Shown piece after piece: positions 38,701-50,299 of a stretch of 64,000 nucleotides of DNA. The notes beneath the pieces are model-generated. The model did not search any database. It saw only the letters and a list, made by a program, of their open reading frames with translations, and was not told the origin of the DNA. Each line of letters starts with the position of its first letter. Position 1 is the stretch's first letter. The translations under genes were made by a program, and so were the position numbers. This stretch comes from Basidiobolus meristosporus CBS 931.73 (Eukaryota; Fungi; Basidiobolomycota): positions 16,411 through 80,410 of the forward strand of contig MCFE01000407.1 of NCBI GenBank assembly GCA_002104905.1, given 5' to 3'.

Positions 38701-40657
38701 TGAATCCAAGAAACTGAACTCAGCAGAACAAAACTATCCAGTCCATGAGAAGGAGATGCTTGCTATAATACACTGTTTGAAGACATGGAGATGCTATATT
38801 GAAGGAGTCAAATGCACTGTGAAGACTGATCATGCCTCCCTCAAGTATATATTTACTCAGAAGGTACTCTCTAGAAGAATGACAAGATGGAGTGAATACA
38901 TTCAGCAATTTGACCTGGAGATTGTCTACTGCCCTGGAAAAAACAACACGGTTGCTGATGCCTTATCAAGATTAGATCAAGTTGCACAACTCAACTTGGT
39001 GCATGAATCAGATTGGCCTAGCCTATTACCAAAGTACTTGGAGGACCAAGCCATTCCTAATGAGGTGGATGAAGATATCAAGAAGATAATCCGGGATGAA
39101 GCCAGCAAATTTGTTGTACAGGATGAAACACTCTACCGAATTGTTGATGGAAGCCCTATTGCCTATTGTCCTTATGTTGCTCGCCTGGATTTAATACATA
39201 AGCTACACAATGGATATGGACATCTTGGGATTGAAGGAACCTATAGCCTTGTAAAAGCCAGAGCATGGTGGCCCAGAATGAAACAAGACATTGAGAAGCT
39301 AGTAAAAACATGCCCAAACTGCCAAATCAATCAAGGCCAGCCACAAAGAATTGCCGAACTCTTCCCTTTGGAGCCTGTAAGACCATTTGAGAGATGGGGA
39401 ATTGACTTTATTGGAAGACTGCCAACTACCAGGAAATGTAACCGTTGGATCCTAGTAGCTATTGACCATGCCACTAAATGGCCAGTTGCTAAAGCCGTAC
39501 CAATAGCCAGTGAACAAGAAGTTGCAAGTTTCATTTACCATGAGATCCTGATGAAGTTTGGATGCCCTGTGGAGATCTTATCCGATAGAGGTGCAAACTT
39601 TATGGCAAAGACATTAGAGGCTTACCTGGAAATGCAGCAGATCAGACACTTGAAAACCTCGGCATATCACCCCAGAACTAATGGAGTCACTGAGCGGTTT
39701 AATGGATTATTTGGAAAAATGCTGACTAAGTATGCAAATGGAGTTGTCAGTAGATGGGATGAGTATATAGACCAAGCACTCTTTGCATGCAGAGTCAGAG
39801 TACACAACACCACCCAGCAATCACCATTTTACTTAGTTTATGGATGTGAACCTAGGATTCCAGGAGATCTCACACAACCCAAGCTTACAGATGCCTTAGA
39901 AGATGAACTTAGTCAGCCAAGTAGACACCAGCAACTGGAACAAAGACGTCAAGAGGCACAGACCAAAGTATCTCAAAGTGCAGAAAAGATGAAGCAGAGA
40001 TTTGATAAGACTATAGCACCAGAAGCATTGACAGTTGGGAACTTTGTATTGCTAAGAAACAACACTCGGAAGAAGTTTGAGCCACAATGGACAGGACCAT
40101 TCAAGATCATCAGAGAATGTCCATTTGCAACTTACCAACTGGTGGACAAGCAAGGTAATATCCGGGAAGACTTAGTGCATAGGGACAGACTCAAGCTTGC
40201 AAGACTTGCTGATAATACTGAACCATCAAGATATTGGTATCACAAGAAAAGAGATTCAGGAGAACTCTCTCAACTTTAGTAGGGGAGAATGTTATGATCT
40301 GCCGCTTGAATGTTTAAGTTAGATCAGTTTTTAGTCAAATCAATTAGTATATGTTTAGGTTATCAGTATATCAGTATTATCTATGAAATCAGTAGCATTA
40401 GTCAGCAAATGAATCAGCAGATCCTTATCAGACAGAAAAAGATATATTAAGTAGGATCTTATTGGGTGATGATGATGCAATCAAATGAGTCATCAGCCAC
40501 AACCTACATTAGGAAATACAATTAGTCAGCAATTGATCTGGCAAAATGTATATAAGGAGCTGCTGGAACCTCAATAAAAATCAGTTCAAGTTTTAGTGAA
40601 TACAATACTAGCTAAACTCCCTATTCCTCTACAACTCTTATACCAAGACTTGTAACA
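35720..40657 (+). mobile_element. Intact, very young Ty3/Gypsy LTR retrotransposon (4938 bp)
   Basis: LTRs 35720-36087 and 40290-40657 (TGTTA...TAACA, 368 bp, no difference found by eye); PBS tggtagcagcg 36089-36099; PPT agtaggggagaa 40278-40289; 4-bp TSD AGAG. Confidence 0.98.
36146..40279 (+). CDS. Gag-Pol polyprotein, single ORF of 1377 aa (capsid, CCHC knuckle, aspartic protease, RT, RNase H, integrase)
   Basis: [14 protein letters not shown]; MIDSGASH; [11 protein letters not shown]; YLDDILIYS; TDASDYAIG; H..GHLG...CPNC; WGIDFIG...SDRG...ERFN; WTGPFKI. PR-RT-RH-IN order. No chromodomain recognised. Confidence 0.97.
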   Translation: MSDNQEWKNAMQQILAQQQQLLQILSQQQQGMTTMAQSQQSPIKSNFSVKVNRYHGRVNENLGTWLFQIEEAFKAKGIAPESKLHYAASYLADAALQWYHNKIRSATMMGCSTISTWDEFVSEIQDAFEPPHQQTLLRRKLKTLRQKGMVQEYIYEYRCLLGQIERMDPLDQVEYFIDGLKERTRKEVNYRRPQTIEEAIKIAIDYDSAMFGVGKPTVTSQKGYNHYERRQSEAVPMEIDAMQKNPSSEECKKRGLCFNCHQQGHIAKYCPQRRNGHQPTRTFNHIESHEHNNEEDELEEDSELTFHMTEEYLSQMTSNSGKLLYLNGAINGVPAKIMIDSGASHEYMSEQFALKAGINSEPTKSTSVSTADGNSHIINRITQPVRMKINDYEEDLQAYIFGNCKFDLVLGKTWLFCRNPSINWRTHATQIQKDNKTYELLPARLDFNLVNSSVCETSELSKTQFCRALRKGTQMFLMAVLQEDSSIPAPQQVQTLLKKYSDVFPDELVSLPPVRDVDHAIDTGDSPPVSKTPYRMSPLELEEMKKQIDQLLEQGYIRPSKSPWGAPVLFVKKKDGTLRMCIDYRALNSVTVKNKYPIPRIDELLDQLNGATIFSKIDLMSGYNQIRVKPEDIPKTAFRTRYGHYEYLVMSFGLTNAPATFMTLMQTVFQEYLDKFVIIYLDDILIYSKTEKDHMVHIEKVLKKLRENKLYGKLAKCEFFKEHVEYLGHIVTSTGVTLDPKKVEVIKNLKQPHSISELRSFLGMVSYYRRFVKSFASIAAPLTDILKKENTYKWDIACETAFQTLKNELAKLPSLRIPDFRKEFTLCTDASDYAIGGVLSQEHEGKDYPVAFESKKLNSAEQNYPVHEKEMLAIIHCLKTWRCYIEGVKCTVKTDHASLKYIFTQKVLSRRMTRWSEYIQQFDLEIVYCPGKNNTVADALSRLDQVAQLNLVHESDWPSLLPKYLEDQAIPNEVDEDIKKIIRDEASKFVVQDETLYRIVDGSPIAYCPYVARLDLIHKLHNGYGHLGIEGTYSLVKARAWWPRMKQDIEKLVKTCPNCQINQGQPQRIAELFPLEPVRPFERWGIDFIGRLPTTRKCNRWILVAIDHATKWPVAKAVPIASEQEVASFIYHEILMKFGCPVEILSDRGANFMAKTLEAYLEMQQIRHLKTSAYHPRTNGVTERFNGLFGKMLTKYANGVVSRWDEYIDQALFACRVRVHNTTQQSPFYLVYGCEPRIPGDLTQPKLTDALEDELSQPSRHQQLEQRRQEAQTKVSQSAEKMKQRFDKTIAPEALTVGNFVLLRNNTRKKFEPQWTGPFKIIRECPFATYQLVDKQGNIREDLVHRDRLKLARLADNTEPSRYWYHKKRDSGELSQL

Positions 40658-43403
40658 AGAGCATCTGTTAGTCAGATTCCTACCCCAATCTAAACCACTA
40701 TTGCCTTCAAATTGTTACCTATTGGCCACTCCAAAGTATTCCAGTACCCTACTTATGATACCTTGTAGATATCTCAAAATCCACTTAACTACTGTAATTT
40801 GATCTGATCCATCATTCTGCATGAATTGGCTTACTATTCTAACTACCACTGTAATATCTGGACATGCAGACACCATCAAGAACATCTAGCTACTAACTAT
40901 TGATTGATAGGCACAGTTTTGGTCCATATTTGTGCCATTTCACCTGAAACTGGCTGCAATTTGCTCAGTTTTAGATTATTATCCATAGGGGTAGCTGCAG
41001 GTTTGCAATTTTTCATTTTGAAGCATTTAAAATGACTTACATGTACTTGTACTGATTCAGCACAATTTTCTGCACAGGTATATTATTTTTTACTTCAATT
41101 CCAAGAAAACAGTTCAATTCTCCAAGATCTTTCAACTCAAACTTGCAGAAGAGATCTGATTTTGTTAGTTTGAGTCTCTTCCCTGGATCTGGAAATAGCC
41201 TTGAGCCACTAATTGAGTCTTGTACCTATCAATGATAAAATTTGAGGTTATCTTGATCTAGTATACCCATCTACATACTATTGGCTTTCTCCCATTTGGT
41301 AAATCTACCAGTTCCCACATTTTTGCGTTGATCAGTGATTGGTACTTCTCTTGCATGGTTTATTGCCACATAATAGCATTTAAACTCCGCATTGCCTGTT
41401 CCTGATTCTGAGATTAGGCACATAAGGCAAGATAAGCTTCTTCACAATCATTGGATGTCTGTCACCAGGATCCAGGGGAATTTCTCGTTCTGGTGGATTT
41501 TCTAACTGGGATAATGTTCTCTGATCTGAATCTGGTGGAAATATCTTCCATATCTAGCTGAATTTGGTACCTATCTTCTTCATTAGTGCTGATTGCATCA
41601 TCAAGCAGCTGGCCAATGATTTCAGTGGCTTTCTGATCTGAATTCTCCTTAAATACAACATCCATGCTCTTGATCAGCTTCTGAATTTTGCCATCATACA
41701 CTCTATACTCTTTTGTATCAGCACAACACCCAAGAAGGATCTCTTTTCTACTCTTAAGTTTTGGCTTTGAGCATTTTTGGTCAGGGATGTGATAAAAGAC
41801 ATCACTGCCAAAGATCTTGAGGTGCTAGAGGTCTGTTTTTTTGCCTGTATATGCTTCAAAGAATGTAGAATTATCTAGTGATGCTGTTTGGCATCTATTC
41901 TTGATATGTACTGCAATAGTAACAAACTCAACCCAAAAACTTGTAGTACCTTTCCTTAACGTGTATCATGGATCTTCCCATCTCTACTTTTGCACTATAT
42001 TCACATTTGGCTACTCAATTTTGCTGTGGAGTATGTGGAACAGTGGTCTGCTAAAGTATACCAGTAGATGAGCAATACTTTGCAAACCTCTTTGAGCAGT
42101 ATTCCCCTCCATTTTCACTTCAAAGTACCTTCAATTTACACCAAGTTTGTGTTTCTACCATGTTCTTGAAGTGTTTCAGCATCTCTAAATCCTCATCCTT
42201 TGTTTTGAGGAATTACACCTTTGTATGTCTTGTCTTGTCATGAGTAAACATCATAAAGTATCTCTTGGCTCCAAAGGATAGTATTCTCATGGGCCCACAT
42301 GGAACTGAGTGTACAATAGCCAATAATTTGGTGGTGCTAATGCCTACTGAGCTCCTGAAGTGTTGCCTAGTCTGCTTGCAATATGAACATCCCCTATATA
42401 CACTCAATTTGATTGGAATTGAGTAGTTGAGGCCAAAAATAAGCTGACTTCTCACCAATTGGTCCATTTTCTGTTCCCCTATGTAAGCTAGCCTCCTATG
42501 CCACATCACCCAGCTAATTTCATCAGTTTCAGCAATGTTGGCATACTCAGTAACAGTGATCTTGCATTGTAACATGTCTGTATTGTGATTGCTGATTTCT
42601 AAGGCTAATTTTTGTCAATTTTTACTCATTATTGAGCAGCTGAGCATATTAAAACAAATATCAGTCCCTGGGCAGTTGCTTTACTGACTGAGAGTAGGTT
42701 CTTAGCTATTGCAGGTACATGGAGTATGTCAGTCAATTTTTCTGTTGTAGCCCATGAGATATCACTCACATTTAGTAGTAAAGACCCACTGATGGTAGCA
42801 TCCAGTGCAGAGTTGTCTTGCAGATAAGCCTTTCTTACAGGAATAGTCTTTGAGATGCTGACTCACTCCTTTATACCACAAATATGCGGTGATACTCAAG
42901 ATTCAATATACCATTCATTACTTTTGTTACTTGCACTCTCTTGTACAGTTACAAATAACTGTTCATCAGTAGTTGTATGGTTTGCCTGCTCCAGTTTCTG
43001 TTTTTTGTCTGCTTACTTCTTCTTGCATTCTCTTGCCCAGTGTTCTGGCTTCTTACAATAGTTACAGCATCCTGGTTTGCTTTGGTTTTGTGGCTTTCCA
43101 TTTTTTTTGGTGTGCCTTCCTGAGCTGAATAAAGTATTGACTTCAATTTACTCTGCTTGATTATAATATCTGAGTTCTTCATGGGGAAGTCTCCCTTTAA
43201 CCTAGTCTAAAGTCAAATTGTCTTCTCTGCTCTCTAAAGAAAGTATGAGTGGCTCATACTTGTCTGGTAGGCTGCAAAGTAAACAGAGTATTATTTCTTC
43301 ATCATCTACACCAATATTAATACTGTAAAGTCCTTCTGCAAGTGTCTCTATTCTGGTAATGAGTTTTAGCATGTCATCATCTGGCTTTTTCCTCATGCTG
43401 AAT

Positions 43404-44136
43404 AGACTTGTTCCGTTGGATAGTGCCACATTGAGCCATGAGTGCCAAATGATGCCATAGTGTGCCAGAGAGGTCAAGTGAGCCTATACTTGGCCACAGA
43501 GTGTGAAACATAGCTCTGCATCTTCATGTAAAGCAGCCCCTGTGTTTCACCCATTGCGCAGGAGAAAATACATTTTTTGACCTTTTTTTGTGGATCAATG
43601 TAGCTCAGGATGTGTAAGAGCACAGGAGAACTGAAGATATGCATCTGGTACTCAATACCCATGGCACTGTGAATCTAGCTCCTGTAGCTTGTATCATGTC
43701 ACAAAAATGAATGGCATTATTTTGGTCCACTGGTACTATCTGGCACTATAAGTGCTTTGTATAGATCTTACTTTAGGGCTAATATTTAAATATAGTGCCT
43801 GATAGTACCAGTGGACCAAGAGAGTGCCATTCATTTTTGTGACATGATACAAGCTACAGGAGCTAGATTCAGAGTGCCATGGGTATTGAGTACCACATGC
43901 ATATCTTCAATCTGCTTGTGCTCTAATACATCCTGCACAACATTGATCCAAAAGAAAGGTCAAAAAATGGATTTTCTCCAACACAATGGGTGAAACACAG
44001 GGGCTGCTTTGCATGAAGATGCAGAGCTATGTTTCACACACTGTGGCCAGGTAAAGGCTCAATTGGCCTCTCTGGCACACTATGGCATCATTTGGCACTC
44101 ATGGCTCAATGTGGCACTATTCAACGGAACAAGTCT
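43404..44136. mobile_element. Fold-back (palindromic) non-autonomous DNA element, ~350-bp inverted arms around a ~40-bp spacer
   Basis: Ends AGACTTGTTCCGTTGG...CAACGGAACAAGTCT; 3-bp TSD AAT (43401-43403 and 44137-44139), supported by alignment to uninterrupted Copia B gag at ~26240-26290. Confidence 0.9.
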
Positions 44137-47100
44137 AATAACTTTTGCTTTAACTAAAGCTTGCTTGGCACTGACTTTGCTCTGAATATTTTCTCTGAGG
44201 ATTCCCATTATGCTTTGACAGTATTTGAAGTATGATTTGTCCAATGAAGGAATTTTGCACATTGCTACATAGAGCATTGAATGCCTTTCTCTCCTTCTCT
44301 TAAGACATTTACACTTCTACTGCTGTTCCTCTGGGTTCAACTTCTTTTTCTGTCACTACATTTTTAAAGCTTTTTTTTCCTCAAGGTGGATCTGCATCTT
44401 GATTCTCCAAAGTCTGTAGTACTTCTCATCAAATCTCTCCATTACAGGGAAGATATTTGTATTGCTCTGTCTTCTGGCGGAAGTCATCTTTAGAATAGAT
44501 TAAAGCAATTGGGGCTCATAACTTGTTGCAATTTAAGAAGTGATTTGCTTATAATGAGCTTATAGCTGTTAATTTGATCTTGACTATGGGGGAGTAATCA
44601 TAGGATTCTAAATCTGAAGAAACTAGCAAAGTTGGGGCTGTAAAATGGCCTAACAGTCACTAGGACTAGTCTAGAATTGTCAAGTAAGTCTTAGCTGCTG
44701 AATGATACCAAATAGTGCAATATTTTAACAGGTTCACACATGTCCTGGTCATCAGCCAGCACTGTAGGGTCTAGCACCTCATCTGCCAGTCTTTGCAATA
44801 AATCCTTACAATATTTAAGTGCATTTTTGTTGAGCACTGCTCTTGAGAAGTGCTGGAATCACTTGGTATGCCTATTAAAGATCCAAAACTCCACCTCAAG
44901 CATTGTGATAATCCTTGAGTTCTCAACATTGCTACTTTGTCTGTCAGTGGGATCCCTACTATGCCAATAATGGAGGATGTGAAGGCTGTGGTTGACAAAT
45001 TGCCTTTCTCTGCAAATTCATCTACCTCACTAGAGTGTAGCTTAACAGGATGTGCTTCCAACTCTTGTGAAAACAGCTGTTTTCTTGTTTGTGATTCTTC
45101 TTGGCTATGATGGGATACCGTCTGTTCCAGGCTCACAGCATTAATTGGCAAGAACTGCAGCTTTTTTCTTAAGTTTTCCTGCCTCTGGCTTGAGTAGACT
45201 TTTTCCCTTTATCTTTCCTTTATCACTGTCAGATCTTTCACTGCTACTTTGACTGAGTGCTTTTTGTATTAAACTATATATTCTTGTTGATAAATGCTGA
45301 TCTGATGCATTTGTTTTGGCCTGCTTGTCCCTTGCTGGCAATCTGCAGGCAACTTGTTTCAAGCTCTCAGCCCATGCTGTGCTGGGCTCCTGTGGTAGCT
45401 GCTCATTTTTATCACTTCCAGGGCATTTATGCATCCTTGACCAATTGCATCTTCAGTAGAATTACACTATTTCTGGATAAATATTGCACTGGTGCATCTG
45501 TGTTAGCCTGCTTTTCCCATATTGGTACTCTTCCAACTACCTGTTGCCTCTTTGATGCTTGTTTGAAGCTTTTGCCCTGCTTGTGATGAGCTCTTGAGGA
45601 AGCCCCTGGTTTTTAGCCATTTCTCCCTTGTTCTTCTGCTTTTGATAATTTCTGCAATTCTTAAGATACTTTCTTGGTATACCAATGCTGGCCCAAAAAC
45701 CATTTGCTTGTTTGAGCCCAGGGTAATGCTCATTGAGCAAGTCAAGTGCATTCATATTGACCTTGAGTTCCTGATGGTCCCATTGTATGCCAGCCTTAAT
45801 GTGTTGGCATGCTAGACTTCTGACAGCCTCTTGAATATTAGCATACTCTTCATTATCAACCCTACCAACAGTACCTTGCATGAGCCCAGCAAAATCCCAA
45901 TATTGAATGAGACTATGCCCATGGAAAAAAATGCCAAGAAAACCTTAAGCAAATAAGTGAGCCAAGTATTTCATCTACTGGTGAGTGATGTTATGTTGTG
46001 GCTAGGGAAGTGGCTCATTTCCACTAATATTAGTAATGGGGGCTTTGAGAATATACTACTACTTCTTGCTAATATCATCCCAGGATGCCACTTTCCATAT
46101 ACAGTGTATAAATGGAAAACCATCATGTGGCTGGCAAAATATGACCCAGAGATGATCCTGATACCAGCATGTGTTAGCAGTTGCATGGTGCTCACATCAG
46201 AAAATGCCACCATTGCAAGGTGTCCAACTCAACAGGTATCCACCACCATTGGGGGTAAACATTGTTCACACTCCAGACATATTCCAGTTATGCCCCATAT
46301 AAAGAAGCTCATGCAGTCCAACAAACATTGTGATGCTATAAAGTACCGCACTCAGTGTCAATCAAGCATAAAGGTATCCAATATATTTTATGGTAAACAT
46401 TGCAAGCAGCTAAGAAGCAAGGGCTACTTTGAAGGTATGTATAATAATGTCTTTGCCTTGGCACTTGATGGATTCTCATTAGACAAGTATTCTACTAGCA
46501 AATCCTACTGGCAACTGATTCTCATGAACCTGAATCTGCAGCCTATCTTACAATATCAGAGCCAAAATCTGATGTTAGTCTCACCAGTATCTGTACCTAA
46601 ATCACCATGCAACCTGGATAGCTACTTATACTCATTGCTGGATGTATTTTGTATGCTTTCCAACAGGATAACAGTATATGCCATCATGTAAAAGCTCATA
46701 TTATTATCTGCATTGGAAATACCCCAGCCATCAGCACAGAGCTGGATTTTCTGGGCACAATGGATGGCATTGCAGTCAAATATGTGGGATCCAGTAGGCT
46801 TACTCCACAGCTCACGTGCATTATTATTTCCCTAACACCAAAACTTAAAACATCATCTGTCCACAGAGAGAATGTACAGAAGTCAGCATGCAATTGCAGC
46901 AAATTTGGCAAGCTCTAAGCCATTGGCCAGAATATGGAATCAATTAGAAACCAGAGATACTCAAGATAGAGGGTATCTGTTGGAGCAAAAGTTTTTCACT
47001 GAGAGCAATGCATTTGCTGCTCATCAATATTACTATACTGATGACCTATTTGCACATGGGACATTTCAAGATAAATGAGCCCTTTGAGATACTGGAGAAA

Positions 47101-47148
47101 TCTGAAAGAATTGGCAATATATTACAGAGTATCCACTACCCTCAGCAC

Positions 47149-49362
47149 TGTTGTAAAAGTTTGTAATTCCACCTACAAATTCACCTAACTTAGTCACTTA
47201 GATCATTACCTTCAAATCCTAGAGAACACTGACCAGATTCCTTCTCAGGATTTACTTAGAATACTCTCACCAAAGTACCAGGTACCAAGAACATGAAAAT
47301 TCACAAAGTTGTCCAAACAGCCCCAAACTTTGCACACATGTTCTTGGGACCTTCCTTAACCTATTCTACATGTTACCTATGCCAAGACCATGTAAAAGTA
47401 TAAATACTACCTTTACATTCAATAAATCATTAAGTGAAAAGCACATAATCTACTTGTCCTCCCAATCACTTCCAATATCTCCAAGACTCTTACAACGGGT
47501 TATGAGCCCCAAGCTGTCACTCTCTGAAATGTCTACTACTGCTATTACTGGAATTTCTCCCTCTGCTGAAAATTTGGACAGATCTAACTACCAAGTGTGG
47601 AAGGTGAAGATGAAGATGCTGCTACAAGAAAGAGGCCTTTGTGATATTGTCATGGGAGAAGAATGCACACCTAAAAACATGGGAGAGGAAGCCCTAAAGT
47701 ACCAGAAGAAATAACAAAGTGCCTTTAACTGCATTTGCCTTAATGTTAAGGACAAATTGCTAATTCATTGCTCAAGAGCAAAAACAGCAAAGAATGCCTG
47801 GAAGGTATTGAAAGACACCTACCAGTCATGTACAGCTGCTAAGAGAATGTATCTGAGACAAATATTCTTTACTACAAAGATGCTGCCAGGAGAAGAAATG
47901 GGAAATCTAATCACCAGAATTACCCTGCTGGTAGATGAAATGGAATCTGTGGGTGTACCCACTATTGATGAGGATATGATAGTTTCCATCCTGAATAGCC
48001 TGACAGACAAGTTTCAGGGCCTTGTATCAGCAGTAGAGTCCAGAACTGAAGATTTGACCTTAAATTGAGTATATGGAAGGCTCCTGGATGAAGAATTAAG
48101 AAAATCAAGCGCCAATTAGAAGGATAAAGAAATTGCTTTAATAAGCAATGATAACCAACAAAGGAGGTACCCAAGACCCTACAAAGGCAACAGCAACCTG
48201 TTCTGTAGCTACTGCCAAAGGAAAGGACACACATCAGACTGGTGCTTCAAAAAGAAAGATAGTCAGCAGAAAAAGCCTGAATTTGGAAATGCTGCAACAA
48301 CTGAAGATAGATTATTCATATCTGCACTAAATATGACCACAAACAAGGATTCTCAGACATGGTATATTGACTCTGGAGCATCTCAACACTTTACACACCA
48401 AAAAAAGCTTTTTACCCAATATCAAGAAATTCCAATTAAGAAGGTTTTCCTGGGTAACAATAGAACACTTGATGCAGTGGGAGAAGGAACTATCCAAGTA
48501 AAGCATAGCAGCAGTGAAGGAAGCCATACATTGACCTTTAAAGAAGTACTCTATATACCAGGTATGACCAAGAACCTACTATCTGTACGCAAGGCCACTG
48601 CAGAAAGACTCAGCTTCAGCTTTGACAATTCTTGATGCAAGATCACTGATCAAAATGGTGCCCATATTACTTTGGGTATCAGAGATCAGAATCTATACAA
48701 GTTGACTTATATTCCATCATATTTGGAAGCCAATATAAGTAACTTAAATGAATAAACACCAATGCTTTGGCACTGGATATTTGGGTACATCAATTTTGAT
48801 TATTTGCGCACAATAATCAAATATCAGCTAATTTCTGGAGTAAAAATTGATCCCCCAGCTAATTTGGAGCACTGAGAAGCCTGCAAATATGGCAAATAAG
48901 CCAGACAACTGTTCAAGAGTTCTGGGCTAATAAAAACTAATAAAAATTTTGATCTAAGTTACTCAGATATATGTGGACCTGTGCAAAACTTATTGTTGGG
49001 TAGGATGAAATATTTAATTACTGTGATTGATGATTATACAAGATACAAATGGGTCTACTTCATGGAGAGAAAGGAAGAAGTTCTGTTTAAGTTCAGGGAG
49101 CTTAAAGCCATGGTGGAGAGAGAAACTGGTGAAAGAGTCAAGAAAATACTCTCTGATAATAGTGGAGATTATACCTCAAAACTCTTCATCCACTTCTGCA
49201 AAATTCATGGGATAATGCAAGAGACTACTGTATCATACTCCCCACAGCAAAATGGAGTAGCAGAACATGCTAACTGATCAATAATTGGTATGGTAAGGTC
49301 TATGATCCATCATCAAAAAATATCCTATGATTTTTGGGCGGAATCAGTTGCCACTGCTGTAT
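47149..49362 (+). mobile_element. 5' half of a Copia family A element (LTR 47149-47497, PBS, gag, protease, integrase start)
   Basis: TGTTG LTR start; PBS ggttatgagccc 47498-47509; NYQVWKVKMKMLL; WYIDSGASQH; ILSDNSGDY. Confidence 0.9.
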
Positions 49363-50299
49363 ATGGCACTCTGTTGGTCCTCTGGCATAATCTGGCCCTA
49401 TAAGTGCTTTGTATAGGTTTTACTTTAGGGCTAATAGTTAAGTATAGTGCCAGATTTTTGGTCTGTGGGTGGATCCAATCCAGATCAGCCATCAGGATCC
49501 CATTTAGAGACTGTCATATTATCAGCAGCTTGGAATAAGCAACCCTCTTAACAATCTTATGACGGGATCACAACAGCATTTTGCAAATTTTATAGCCCAA
49601 TAAAGTGATAAAACTTGACAAGATTTGATTGGTGCTGTGACAATAATTGCATGGTATTGTTACAGTCCTATTGCACTCTATAACTATTGTAAATGAGTTG
49701 AACCAGCCAGGACATCCAATTGCCTTATATGGCAAGATACTTGATGGTATTTTGATGGCCTCCCAGCAAGACTCTGATTGTATTATAATGGCAGTATGGT
49801 GGCCTACCGCTGGTTTTGTATAATGCTATTGTATCAATTTACCAAATGGTATTTCCTGTTTCTACCTCCCCTTGTGCAATTCATATATTCCACTGTAGAA
49901 CTACCCCTCTTTATTTGCTTACCCACTACTACCTTGGGCATTCCACATATATCTTGAATCTAATTAAACTATGGCCTCCTGCTCACTACCCTCTACCAAT
50001 GCTCACACCTACCACAATTAACATACTTCTATCACCTCAACTTTATGGCTTTTTAGTGTGATACTTGCAAAGTTGCATATACCTTGTATTGCTGGAACAT
50101 ATATAGCTTGCAAACATATTCTTGGTTGTTGCCACTTCTGCCATGAATACCTCCTGAATATCCGCAAAGAACTTATTGGTATTTAGCCAATATATGCCTT
50201 CTCCTTGATGGATTCTAGCCCCCCTTATAGGGGTGCTCTGGCTTTTATTTGTGTGAATTCCATATTGAATGGTGTAGAAGTTTGCTTGTGACTAAGAGA

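Larger units (their letters stand above)
34696..44730 (-). mobile_element. Copia family B element hosting the intact Gypsy and a fold-back element
   Basis: Perfect 5-bp TSD GGTTC (34691-34695 and 44731-44735); 3' LTR 34696-35290 (with insertion), PPT 35291-35303; internally deleted 5' LTR 44524-44730; PBS 44512-44523; pol remnants homologous to 25510-30184. Confidence 0.9.
34157..47148. mobile_element. CACTA/EnSpm-like element (terminus ~34157, second ORF on minus to ~45880, Tnp2 on plus ~45880-47100), interrupted by Copia B and cut off by Copia A
   Basis: Sequence on both sides of the Copia TSD GGTTC is compatible with one host element. Tnp2 motifs occur in ORF 45957-46691 (ALDGFS..SYWQLILMNLNLQP..PKSPCNLDSY). 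The overall boundary is inferred. Confidence 0.6.
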
